Part shown: piece after piece, positions 10,743 to 23,024 of the stretch | Layout: each line of letters begins with the position of its first letter | Numbering within the stretch: the stretch's first letter is position 1 | Assembly: GCF_030144855.1 (NCBI RefSeq) | Contig: NC_082731.1 | Location: 10,540,001 to 10,604,000 of the forward strand | DNA: 64,000 nt | Direction: 5' to 3' | From: Hypanus sabinus | Taxonomy: Eukaryota | Translations under genes and position numbers: made by a program | The notes under the pieces: model-generated | Told to the model about the DNA's origin: nothing | Database searches by the model: none | Seen by the model: only the letters and a program-made list of their open reading frames with translations

Positions 10743-12678
10743 TTATATTCTAGTCCTCTTGAAATGAATGCTAAAATTGCATTTGCCTTCCTGATCACCG
10801 ATTCAACTTGCAATTAACCTTTAGAGGAATCCTGCACGAGGACACCCAAGTCCCTTCACACCACAGATTCTTTGAAATTTCTCCACATTCTAGTCTTGGC
10901 TTTAATTCCTTCTACCGATGTGCATGACCATACACTTCGTCTTTCTATTACAACTGTTATTTTTTTGCTCATTGTCCCAATCAGTCTAAGTCCTTCCGCA
11001 GACTCCCTGTTTTCTCAACACTACCCGATTCTCAGCATATCTGGAAACCTCTGCAAACGGCCACAAGGCCATCAGCTCAGTCATGCAATTTATTGGCAGA
11101 TAACGTAAAAATAAGCGGCCCAACAGACCACTGTAGAACACCAGGGTCACCACAGCATACCAATACAGACTTGCATTATTCCCACTCTTTGCCTCCTGCC
11201 AATCAGCCAATGCTCTGTCCATGCTAGTATCTTTCCTCTAATACCGACGCAACTTCTTCAAAGGGTTCTAAATGATTTGTGAGGATTTTCCCTTAAGGAA
11301 ACTATTCTTTCAAATATCCCGAAGCCTCAGCCTTAACAATCGAATCAAGTAATTTCCAACCACTGAGGTAAGCTTAACTGGCCTATAATTTACTTTACTC
11401 AACCTCCCTCCTTTCCTGAAGAGTGGAGTGACATTTGCAATTTTATATCCGTCCGGAATCATGCCAGAATCTAGTGATTCTTGAAAGATCATTACTAAAG
11501 ATTCCACAATCTCATCAGCTACCACATTTAGAACCGAAGGCTGTAGTCCATTTGGTCCAGATGACTTATCCACCTGCAGTCCTATCAGTTTTCCAAGCAC
11601 CTTCTATCTAGTAATGCAATATCTCCCATCCATGCTTTATTACGCTTGCTGTTCCTTAACTCTATCTATAACGATTCTACATCTTTGATCCTATATCACC
11701 TCTTTCTCAGGATTGAATTTCATTTTCTCCCAACAGCATCACGCCATCCCTTCGGCCTACCTGCCTGTTCTTTCCATACAATGTGTATCCTTGGATGCTG
11801 AGCTCCCAACTATAATCTTATTTTAGCCATGACTCAGTGATGCCTACATCGTCATAACTGCCAGTCTTACACTGCGCTACAAATCATCTACCTTATTTCG
11901 CAAACTGCATACATTCAAATATATGGATCATCTGTGCAGTATTCGTCACCATTTTTCCACTTTTCCCCCTGTTATACTGCAACTCACTGACTGTCATTTT
12001 GCCCAATTATCTATCTGACCTTCTTGAAAATCCCACTGCACACTGCCTCTGCTTGCATACCAGCTGCCACATCCTCAGCACTATCTCATTGTCTCCCATC
12101 ACCTCGCCAAGTTAGTTGAAACCCTCTTCAACAGCTCTTGTAAACATTAGCGCAAGTATATTGATCCCCAAAGACGCTCCTATTGTGTAGGTCATCCAGA
12201 AGAGATCCCAATGATCTTAAACAGTGTCCCTGCACTATTTCCTCAACCATACATTCATCTGCTAGACCATCCTATTTTGAACTTCACTGCACAGGCAGAA
12301 CTCCAGAGAATACAGGCCAACACTAGAGGTCCTGGTTTTCAGCTTTTTACTTAGCAGATTAAATTCTCTCTTCAGGGCTCCTCCCTTTTCCTACCTATGC
12401 CATTGGTGTTACTATGTACCAAGACATCTGGCTGCTCATCCTCCCCATTAAAAATCTTCTGGATTTATTCTGAGACGTCCCTGAATCTTGCACTTAGGAA
12501 GTAGCATACTATCCGGGTGACTCTATCATGCCCATAGATTCTGGCGTTAACTGTTCCTATCACTAGTTCAGTCCTCTTTTGCCCCCTTTCCTTTTGAAAC
12601 ATAGCAGCAGATGCAGTGCCAAAAACCCTAATGCTGCGTGCTGCGGTGTCCCCCTGCTGGTAGGTCGTCGTAGTGCAC

Positions 12679-12681
<3 letters not shown>

Positions 12682-12757
<76 letters not shown>
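12682..12757. repeat. (AC)~38 microsatellite
   Basis: Read directly from the sequence. Confidence 0.98.
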
Positions 12758-12760
<3 letters not shown>

Positions 12761-14109
12761 CTCGAAAGTGGTATACTTATTATTGACGGGAACAGCCACA
12801 GAGGTATTCTGCATCGGCTGCCGATTTTCTGATCTTCTCCTGACAGTCACCATGCTTAGGCGTGACCACTCCCTGTAGATGCTATTTCTCACCTCCTAAA
12901 TTTCCCATATGAGCTGAAGGTCAACGAGCTGCAACTCCAGTTCCATAACACGTTGTTTGAGGAGCTGCTGTTCGGTGAACCTGATGCAAATGTGTTTATC
13001 CAGAAGGCTGGAGATCTCCAGGGTTCCAATTCTGAGATAAATATCACAACATGTCCCTGGAGCAATCCACACTGCTCTCTGTAGCAACCGAGGAAGGTTG
13101 TAGAAGAAGAATATAACCAGATACTTGCCTTGCCCAAGCGTGTTGTCGCTCAAGCCTGGTGAGTCAGATTCTCCCTACTCCAACACTGGTCCACTCACAC
13201 AATGACTGCTCTGCTTGTCGCTTCCTCGTTTATATTTGTTCACTTGCCCACCTCATGGAAAGTACGCAGGTGATTGAGAGGTCACTTCTCAAGAGTCTAG
13301 TGCAGTCATGCGTGAGAAGGCCGAGAAGGAATGAGACTTTTAACCCCATAGTATCCAAAGTGAGACCAACCTCGTCCATCCTGCAAACTGTAGGGATCCA
13401 TGTATTTTCCAAGTGGGATCACGGGTTTTGCCTGCACGCACCCTTCAGACAGTGACTTCATAACCCCAGCAACATTATGGATGTGATTCCTTATCCATTT
13501 ACCCTCAACTGGTCCAACGATTTAATTAAATCTGCCCACCAGCTCCATACATCCTTGCCTTCTGACTTCTTTGCTGACATGAACATTCAAGGCAAGAATG
13601 CAAATATACAAATTAGGAAATGGACCTGGCCATTCCGTCGATAATCCTGCTTTTCCACTTCACCATTGTCCGTCTTATTATGAGCTCTAAACTTCACACC
13701 CCACCCGTGATATGTGATTGTTCTTTGCTTTGTATGTACACATCCATCTCTCCTTTAAAAAGTATTGCAATATCCTTCTACCGCATGTAGGTAATTCCAA
13801 TATTTGTAATACACTACAAGAGAAAAGAAAACTTTAACGAGACTCTGTCATAACAGAGGGACCTCATATTTATGCTCCAGTTTCCTCTAACAAGCGAAAG
13901 ACGTGCAGCTGGCTCGTTAATTTTCAAAAGAATATTGTTCACAGTTCTTAGAACAATGATAGAACTTGAGTGGAACTGATATGATTGTGGAGGGGAATAA
14001 ACCAAAATGGATTCATGTTGAATCAGATTAAGAAACTTGTCCAAGTTCTGCACATGTTCGGTAGATCGAAACAGTTGTTTCTATTTTAGTTTTCGTTTGT
14101 TGCTTTTAC

Positions 14110-14380
14110 TTTATTCAGAGGTACAGCACAGAAAGGACATATTTCGCAACTAGTAACGCCACCCTGTAACTCTCCTGCTTAACCCTAACCTAAGAAAAGG
14201 ACAATCTACTAACTGCTCTGTCTTTGGACTATAGGAGTTAATGAGAGTATCGGGAGGAAACCCACACGGTGTCGGGGAGACCGAGCAAACTCCTTAGACA
14301 TGGCGCCGGAATCAAACTCCAAAATAAGACCGGCCGAGCTGCAATAGCATTGCACTAACTGCTGAGTTACCATGCGCCTT
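14110..14380 (-). mobile_element. tRNA-derived SINE with V-SINE/HE1-like core
   Basis: Reverse complement contains ggagtttgctcggtctccccgacaccgtgtgggtttcctcc, the V-domain-like core. Confidence 0.65.
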
Positions 14381-14504
14381 TTGCTTCTCCAAACCTCTTT
14401 CTATATATCCACATTTCCTTCGTCCTTATCATTTAGACTAATTATAAATATTCGGGACCCAACACCTATCCACGTAATTCTAGCGAGCACTTGGCGTAAC
14501 GCTA

Positions 14505-14740
14505 TTACAATGTCGGCTGTAAGATTGGGGTTCAATTCCTGTCTGTCAGGAGTTTGTACATTCTTCTCCGTGATTGTGTGTGTTTTCTCCAGGTGCTCCG
14601 GTTTTCTCCCATATTCCAAAGCCCTATGCTTAGGGTTAGTGAGGGTGAGCACGCTATGACCGCGCCGGAAACAGCGATTGCTGCAGGCTGCCCAGCACAT
14701 TCCTGGCTAATTTGATTTGACACAAACGGCGCATTTCACG
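14505..14740 (+). mobile_element. tRNA-derived SINE with V-SINE/HE1-like core
   Basis: B-box-like ggttcaattcc followed by ggagtttgtacattcttctccgtg...ggtgctccggttttctccca. Confidence 0.7.
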
Positions 14741-15029
14741 AGTTTGCTTCAGTTTCATCCCACCGGGTACCGGATGTCGTCTCTCGTAGTGTAAAACGGG
14801 ATGTTTAATTGGAAGGGTGGACTTGGAGAATTAAAGTGGCATAATGATCAATGTTATCTAATGCCAGGTTATTCTCAGCGGGCACACTGTAAACTTGCCA
14901 TGTTGATTCCCACATTCAGTACACCTCAACACTCATCAACAGCCAGGTGTAGTTTGAGAAAATTGTAATTGTGCAGATTATAAAATACAGTGTTGTGTGC
15001 AATGGACAGATTGGTAACGTTTCGGATTG

Positions 15030-15530
15030 GATTAGATTAGATTAGATTCAACTTTATTGTCATTGTGCCGAGCACAGATACAAAGCCAATGAAATGTAAT
15101 TAGTATCTGACCAGAAGTGCGAAAGAATAGTATTATTCACAAAATACCTGTGAATAAAAAAGTAAGTGCTACAGCATAAAAATATAGAAGTACTGAGACA
15201 GTCCAATATGGGTGCAATTCTGTTTAGCGCTGTGATGTGAAGTTCAGCAGAGTCACAGCCTCAGGGAAGAAGCTCTTCTTGAGCCTACTGGTGCGGGATC
15301 GGAGGCTCCTGTATCGCCTACCAGATGGGAGGAGAGTTAAAAGTCCATGGTTAGGCTGAGGTGCATCCTTGATACTACTTTTCGACCTGCCCAGGCAGCT
15401 TTTATGGTAGATGATCTCAATGGTGGGCAATTCGGTGCCGATAATCCACTGAGCAGTCTTCACCACCCGCTGCAGTGCTTTGCAGTCCGATACGGGACAA
15501 TTGCCATACCACACTGAGGTGCAGTGCCCT
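15030..15530 (-). mobile_element. 3' end of Rex1/Babar-type LINE with (TCTAA)n tail
   Basis: ORF 15224-15514 WYGNC...LPSGRRYRSLRSRTSRLKKSFFPEAV; attagattagattag tail at the left end. Confidence 0.8.
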
Positions 15531-15639
15531 ACTCACAGTTTTTCTGTGAGTATTCTGTGATCATCAAAGTACAAAGTTCAAAGTATAATTAAAGTACATA
15601 TACGTTATCATATATCAGAGAGATGCCATCTCTCCGGCA

Positions 15640-16850
15640 CTACATTCCTCCTTAGAACACCTGGAGAATAAAGACGCATATGTAAGGCTCATTTTCATCG
15701 ACTACAGGTCTGCCTTTAATACCATCATTCCGAATAAACGGATTACTAAGCTCCGGAACCTGGGTCTTAGCACTCAGATCTGCAGCTGGACCTTCAACTT
15801 CCTCACGGACAGGACACAGGCTGTAAAAATAGGGGACAAGCTCTCTTCTACAATCACTCAGAGCACCGGTGCCCGACAAGGCTGTGTAATCAGCCCCCTG
15901 CTGTACTCATTGTACACCCATGATTGTGTAGCCAAATTTCCATCAAACTCAATATATCAGTTTGCTGATGATACCACAATTGTAGGCCGTATCTTGGGTA
16001 ATGATGAGTCTGAGTACAGGGAGGAAATTAAGAACTTGGTGGCATGGTGCGCAGACAATAGCCTATCCCTCAATATCAGCAAGACGAAGGAATTTGTTGT
16101 TGATTTCAGAAGCAGTAGCGGACCGCACAACCCTATCTAGATCGGGGGTGCGCAGGTGGAACAGGTCAAAATCTTTAAGTTCCTCGGGGTGAATATCACA
16201 AATGACCTGACTTGGTCAAAACAAGCAGAGTCCACTGCCAAGAAAGCCCACCACCTCCTTTACTTCCTGAGAAAGCTGAAGAAATTTGGCCTGCCCCTAA
16301 AACCCTCACTAATTTTTATAGGTGCACCGTAGAAAGCATTCTTCTAGGGTGCATCACAACCCTGGTATGGAAGTTGTCCTGTCCAAGACCGGAAGAAGCT
16401 GTAGAAGATAGTGAACCTAGCCCAGCACATTACACAAACCAATCTTCCATCCTTGGGCTCACTATACACCACACGCTGTCAGAGCAGTGCTGCCAGGGTA
16501 ATCAAGGACAAGACCCACCCAGCCAACACACTGTTTGTCCCACTTCCCTCTGGGAGAAGGTACAGGAGCATGAAGATTCGTATGGCCAGATTCGGGAACA
16601 GCTTCTTTCCAACTGTGATAAGACTGCTGAACATATCCTGACCAGGATCCGGGCCGTACCTTCAAAATATATGGACCTGACTTGCACTACCTTACATTCC
16701 CTTTTCTATTTTCTAATTATGATTTATAATTCAAATTTTATTATATTTATTTCGATTTGTACTTCAGGGAACGTGAAGCGCTGAAGCAAATATCACTGTG
16801 ATAATTGTACACTCTAGCATCAATTGTTTGGTGACAATAAAGTATAAAGA
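15640..16850 (+). mobile_element. Rex1/Babar-type LINE, RT to 3' end, frameshifted
   Basis: [22 protein letters not shown]...[10 protein letters not shown] and LPSGRRYRSMKIRMARFGNSFFP; A-rich tail. Confidence 0.85.
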
Positions 16851-16879
16851 ATAAAAAAATGGAATGCGGGTCATTTAGA

Positions 16880-19220
16880 CCAATATCCGTTCTTAATGTA
16901 GATTATAGATTATTTACCTCCATCATGGCCAAACGATATTGATACGTAACGATCAGACAGGTTTTATACGACGACGCCAGCACAAGACAATATACGAAGG
17001 ACACTTCTCATTATGGATCATATACAAAAAATAAAATCGAAGCAATAGTGATAAGCGTGGACGCTGAAAAAGCATCTGATTCGGTTAATTGGAATTTACT
17101 TTACAGAGTTTCACATAGATTTGTTTTCCAAGACACAATTATTAAAACTATACAGACACAATATGACAATCCTACTGCTAGGCTTAAAATCAATGGATAT
17201 TTATCAAATAGTCTTACCCTAGAAAGGGACACGAGACAGGGTTGTGCATGATCACCGCTACTCTTCGCGTTATATCTGGAACCATTAGCTCAATACGTCA
17301 GACAAAATGAAGATATCAGGGGAATTACTATTAAAGGGACAGAGAATAAATAGGCTTGTTATGCGGATGACATTTTGATCTATCAAGGGCAACCAACATA
17401 CTCTTTACATAAATTGATGCAATCCTTTGAACAATATGGTCAATTATCAGGATACAAGATCAACATAGATAAAACCCAATTACTTTCATATTACTATAGC
17501 CTACCAAGAGAAATTGAAAGTAGGTACCCCTGGGCCTGGCACTTAATGTCTTTCAAATATTTGGGCATCATTATGCCAATAGACTTGTCAAAATTATCAG
17601 AAGTAATTTTCAGCGTTTATGTAAAAAATTAAGGAAGATATGGCAAGATGGAATCTGATTCCTTTTTTCAGTCTCAGTTCAAGGATTGAGTCTATTAAAA
17701 TGAATATACTGCCCAGATTGTTATATCTCTTTCAGACCCTACCAATAGAGATTAATCAAAATCAATTCAATAATGGAACAAGATGTTATCAAGCTATATT
17801 TGGCAACGTAAAAGGCCTAGAGTTCGTCTCAAAACTTTGCAATTAGCAAAGGAAAAGTGTGGATGGGGCCTTCCTTCTCTTAGAGATTATTATTTTGCAG
17901 CACAATTGAAAGCTGTGATATGTTCGTGCAACCCACATGTGATGCTCAATGCAAAAACATTGAGGAGCGGGTACTTCCCATCCTCATACAAGCAATTGTG
18001 ACTGATAACCTGCAAAGGTACATTAACACTATTGATAACCCATGGGTGAAATTGACTCTTAAAATATGGAAAACTACTATAAAAGAATATAATCTCGAGG
18101 GAGATACTGCAATTCTTAAATGGTGTGCATATGACTCGGATTTTATACCAAATAAATTGGATGCTAGATTTAAGGACTGGACAGCTAAAGGAATAACAGT
18201 TCTTTGCAACATAATGAAGGAAGGAATACTGTTCAGTTTTGCAATGCTTAAAGAGAAACACTTATTAGAAGAACAAGATTTTTATTGGTATTTACAGATG
18301 CGATAATATGGTAATAAGACGCTTAAAATGTAACCAAGGCAAATATATGCTTGGTAGCGCTATTTAGAAAAGCATATAATTCAGATAATGGTAGTAGAAT
18401 CATTTCAAGCATCTATAAGGGGTTGTCAAATCTTAAAACACATTCGACTTCATACATTAAAACAAAATTGGAGAAGGAAGGAGGGATAATTATATCTGCG
18501 GAAGAATGGACAATAATATGGAGGTATCAATCGAAGTGTTCCAGTTCACAGAAATGGAGGGAGTTTGGATGGAAAAACTTGATAAGATATTTTATTACAA
18601 CCTCTCAGAAATCCCATCATGATAGTAACCTCCCTGTTTGCTGGAGAAATTGTGGGAATCAAAATGCAAATCATTATCATGATTTTTGAGACTGCCCTGT
18701 TATCAAAAGACTATTGGAGAGGGTATATTTGGATATACTATTTGGATATATACCTCAAGAATGCTTGAAAAGAGATACATATTTAATGAATATCCTGTTG
18801 GTGGCTGGTAAAAAGACTCTTACTGGGAAATGGTTATCACAGGAGAGCCCAACTTTAAATACATGGATGGAAATTACAATGAACATTTACAAAATGCAGA
18901 AGATAACAGCATCTGTTAATCATAAGCTGGAACGATTTGATTCATAATGGGAAAAAATGGCTTAACTACATAATGCCTCATAGGACTGACTTTATTCTCA
19001 CAAATCAATGAATATGTTGTAAAAAAAGATCATTCCCTACTTGTACAAAGTTCTTTCCTTTTGCTTGTTGTTTTCTTTCCACTCTTTTCTACAAGTGTAT
19101 ACCTCAGATAAATATTGTCTGGAGATCTGTGATATATATGACTATATGATATATATGTACAATGTTGAAAACCATCTCATGGACATGTTTGTTTGATGAT
19201 GAACTTCAATTAAAAATAAA
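16880..19220 (+). mobile_element. L1/Tx1-type LINE ORF2 3' half, decayed
   Basis: ISVDAEKA.D.VNW, LERDTRQGCA, YADDIL, RIESIKMNILPRLLYLFQTLP, C-terminal CWRNCG..ANH motif; A-rich tail with AATAAA. Confidence 0.85.
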
Positions 19221-19615
19221 TTACAAAAGGAAAGAAATAAATGAAAGGAATAAAGTAGTCGGGGCAACCACCCGATGACTCAAACCGTTAAACTTTGTGC
19301 TAAACTGGCCTTTCATTCTTGCATATATACATGGAATGACCTTAGACGTTGCATATTTTGCCACCTTTTTCCATCTAATATTTGCTTCCACGATCTAGCT
19401 TTCTGTGTTCTTTCCTCCCTCGGCTAGCTCCATACCTCTGACTATTCTACCACAAGCCACTGACCCTTTCCCCACTCCGGTATTTTATCACTGTCATCCT
19501 TTCAGGGGAAGTCTGAATGTATCTGTCCCTTCACACTTCTTTATTATTAAATTGAAATCATTGCTAAGTTTCAGGTTCGTCATCAATAAATCATCCTCTC
19601 AATTTTGTGCTCTAG

Positions 19616-19918
19616 GATTCGCATTGTTTCTCAGAGATCCTACCGTTGAAGAAATGTGCACAAACAAAACTGCCACACTGGTCTGTGATGTGATCGCCAC
19701 AACTCCAGCTGAGGTTTCCATATCTTGGAGAGTGGGTGGAAAGGAAAGGCCTGATGGTGTTCAAACAGGACAAGCAACAAAGTTCGGAAGCCAATACCTG
19801 ACAGTCAGCCGTTTGACCAGCAGCGTTGCGGAGTGGGACAGCGGGGTAGAATACTCCTGCTCGGTGCAGGACAATCAATTAGATACTCCGTTATCAAAAC
19901 GGACACGAAACACAAAAG
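19616..19918 (+). CDS. IgNAR: IgNAR constant exon, orthologous to nurse shark C2 (first C exon present in this cluster)
   Basis: Phase-1 acceptor ttttgtgctctag|, donor AG|GTGGGT. GFALFLRDPTVEEMCTNKTATLVCDVIATTPAEVSISWRVGGKERPDGVQTGQATKFGSQYLTVSRLTSSVAEWDSGVEYSCSVQDNQLDTPLSKRTRNTK aligns by eye, without gaps, to recalled nurse shark C2 (EIAVLLRDPTVEEIWIDKSATL.CEV...GNQYLTISRLTSSVEEWQSGVEYTCS...TPVVKRTRK). Confidence 0.93.
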
Positions 19919-19999
19919 GTGGGTGCAACAAGAACAATCGAACTGGACGAGTATATGGACAGGAAAGGAATGGAGGGTTATGGGCTGAGTGCAAGTCGG

Positions 20000-22170
20000 T
20001 GGGACTAGGTGAGAGTAAGCGTTCGGCACAGACTAGAATGGCCTGTTTCCGTGCTGTAATTGTTATATGGTTATTTGGCTACATTAAATTGTTATGAGAC
20101 GGGCGTTGCGACAATTACGTCACCAATAAAATTCTCGCCATATCCTTTGATGTCCTTACCGATCAGAAAACGATCAACTTCCGCCTTAGCTATATGTACG
20201 GGTGGGCGACACCTCAGTCTGTGGCAGAACATTCCACAGATCTACTATTTGCTGGCTGAAAAAATTCCTAGTTACCTCTGTTCTAAAGGGTCGCCCGTCA
20301 ATGTTGAGACTGTGCCATCTCGGTCTTGATACCCCACCATAGAAAACATCCTTTCCACATCACCCTATCTCGTCCTCTCAACATTAAGAAGGTTTCAATG
20401 AGATCCACACGCATTCTTCTAAATTCCAATGAGTACCGTCCCAAAGCTGCCATACGCTCCGCATGTGTTTTCCCCGTCATTCCTGGAATCATCCTCGGGA
20501 ACCTCCTCTGGACTCTCTCCAATGACAGCACATCCTTTCTGTGATATTGGGCCCTAAACTGTTGACAATGCTTTAAGTGCGGCCTAACTAGTGCCTCATA
20601 AATGCTCAGCACAAGCTCCTTGCCGTTGTATTCTATTCCCCTCGAAATAAATGCCAATGTTGCATTGGCCTTCTTTACCACAAGCTCAACCTGTAAATGA
20701 ACTTTCTGGCAGTCTTGCACGAGGACATTTAAGTCCCTCTTCACCTGTGATATTTGAAACTTTTCCCCATTTAGATAATAGTCCGCACTATTGTTCCTTT
20801 TACCAAAATGTATTATCATACATTTCCCAACACTGTGTTCCATTTGCCACCTTTTTGTCCATTCTTCCAGTTTCTCTAAGCCCTGCTGCAATTGCATTGC
20901 TTCCTCAGCACTACCTGCGCCTCCACCTTTCTTCGTATAAGCCGCAAATTTTGCCACGAAGCCATCAATTCCATTATGTGAATCATTGATAAACAATGTG
21001 AAATGCAGGTGTCCCATTACTGACCCGTGAGGAACACCACAAGTCCCCGGCAGCTAGCCAGAAAAAGGCTCCTGTTATTCCCATTCACTGCCTGCTGTCT
21101 GTCAGCTATTCTGGCATCCATACTTGCATCTTTCCGGTAAAGAGATAGGGTTTTATATTGTTGAGCAGCCTCAGTTGTGGCATCTTATCACACCACTTCT
21201 AAAAATCCAATTAAATGACATTAACAGCCTCGCCTCTGTCCACCCTGGTTGTTACTTCCTCGAAGAATTCTAAAAGATTTGTCAGGCAAGATTTCCCTTC
21301 ACAGAAACCATGCTTACTTTGACCTTTTTAACATTAGTCTCCAAGTACCTCAAAACTTCACCCTTAGTAATAGATTCCAACATTTTCCCAACCACTGAGA
21401 TTAGGCTAACTGGCCTATAACCCTCCCTCCTTAACGAGTGGAGTGACATTTGCCATTTTCCAGACCTCCAGGACCATGCCAGAATCAAGTGATTCTTGAA
21501 AGATCATGGCCAATGCATCCGTTATCTCTTCAGCAACCTCTCTCAGGAGTCTGGGATGTAAACCATTTGACCTAGGTTACTTACGTACCTTAAGACCTTT
21601 AAGTTTGCCTTGCACTATTTTCCTTTGTAATAGCAATGGCACTCATTCCTGCTCCCTGATGCCCATTGACCGCTGGCACACTGCTAGTGTCTTCCACAGT
21701 GAAACTAGGTGCAAAGTACCCATTACGTTCATCTGACATTTCTTTGTCCCCATTATTACCTTACCAGCTGCATTTTCTAATGGTCCAATATTACCTCTCA
21801 CCTCCCTTTTACCCTTTATATAATTGAAAAAAAAACTTTTAATATCCTGTTTTATATTATTGGCTAGTATGTCCTCAAATTTCACTTTTCCCCTTTCTAT
21901 AGCTTTTTTATAGTTGCCTTTTGTTTGATTTTAAACGCTTCCCAATCATCTAAATTCCCACTCACTTCTGCTACATTATATGCTCTTGCCTTGGCTTTTA
22001 CACAGCCCTTATCTTCCTTTGCCAGCCACGGTTGCCTGCCCCTTCCATTTGAGAACTTCTTCCTCTGCGTCACATATCTATCCTGCGTCTTGTGGAACTA
22101 TTCCCAGAAACTTCAGTCATCTCTGTTCTGCCGTTATCCCCGCCAATATTCTCTTCCAATCCACCTGGAC
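20000..22170 (-). mobile_element. CR1-type LINE fragments downstream of C2
   Basis: ORF 20298-21017 (AKFAAYTKKGG...YEALVRPHLKHC) and 21282-21885 (RPVSLISVVGKMLESI). Confidence 0.85.
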
Positions 22171-22249
22171 AAGCTCCTCTCTCGTGCCTCTGCAATTCAT
22201 TGTATTCCATTGCGATACAGATACATGAGAGTTATGCTTCTCAATGACC

Positions 22250-22440
22250 CCAACTAACCAAACCGGTATGTTTTTCTTTGACTCTGGGAAGAAACTGGAG
22301 CAGCTAGGGAAAACCCGTGCATTCCACGCGGACAACGTAGAGACTCCTCATTGAACAGCGCAGGCATTAAACTCCGAACTCCAACACGTTCCGAGCGGTA
22401 ATAGCGTCGTGCTGCCGTGGCTCCGTGTTGTTGGTTGGCA
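22250..22440 (-). mobile_element. V-SINE/HE1-like SINE
   Basis: ctggagcagctagggaaaacccgtgcattccacgcggacaacgtagagactcc is the reverse complement of the SINE core. Confidence 0.6.
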
Positions 22441-23024
22441 AAGGTCGGAACCACTATTTGCCCCAAAGAAGATGATGAAAATCAATTATACAAGCTCAAA
22501 GACGTCATCGTATTAGATGGTTAGGGCAGTTTAGTACCCTTCAGGAGCTTCATGAGAGAACACTTTTTCATGATAAGCACAGATGGTCGTTTATGTCAGC
22601 ATATTGAACAAATCCAGTCACAATCCTCATCAAATGAAGCAGTCCATGTCTTGCGGGGAGATCGATATCAGATCCTAAAGTTGACACCGACTGCAAAGTG
22701 AGATTTCTGCGGCATAAGTTCTAGACAATAACTAAAATAAATTGTAACAATCTGCTCCGCATATTCAATGGTTCACTCACAAGAACATTCAGAAAACCCT
22801 GAACACCAACATTTTCCAGTTTCCGACTATTGATAAAGTATACTATCGTCATATTTATTTCTTCTTAGTCGATATCCTCACGTTATCCACGTAACATTCA
22901 ATCTGCTGAGTACTTATCAATTTACTTACCTTGTGTACATCCCACCAAATTCTCCCAGAATCTTTCCCACAGCCCACGATTCCACATAACTTCTATTCCC
23001 AGTAAACAGACATATTACAGTATA

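Larger units (their letters stand above)
10190..13160 (-). mobile_element. Decayed, internally deleted CR1-type LINE in the J-C intron
   Basis: Minus-strand ORF pieces: DKSSGPNGLQP...IANVTPLFRKG...NYRPVKLTSVVG (11310-11600), a CR1 C-terminus (10274-10507) and an ORF1-like LLKQRVMELELQL (12896-13153). Confidence 0.8.

Noticed and set aside
12465-12892. Poly-CV / poly-TH ORFs (also 34858-35208)
   Set aside because: Translations of dinucleotide microsatellites.
13598-13605. Second ATGCAAAT as an intronic enhancer
   Set aside because: An isolated 8-mer in decayed repeat-like sequence; a few are expected by chance in 64 kb of AT-rich DNA, and I see no clustered E-box or ETS sites.
19575-19615. 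Upstream acceptor tttcag| extending C2
   Set aside because: It is phase 2 relative to the domain frame; splicing from the phase-1 J donor hits a TAG.
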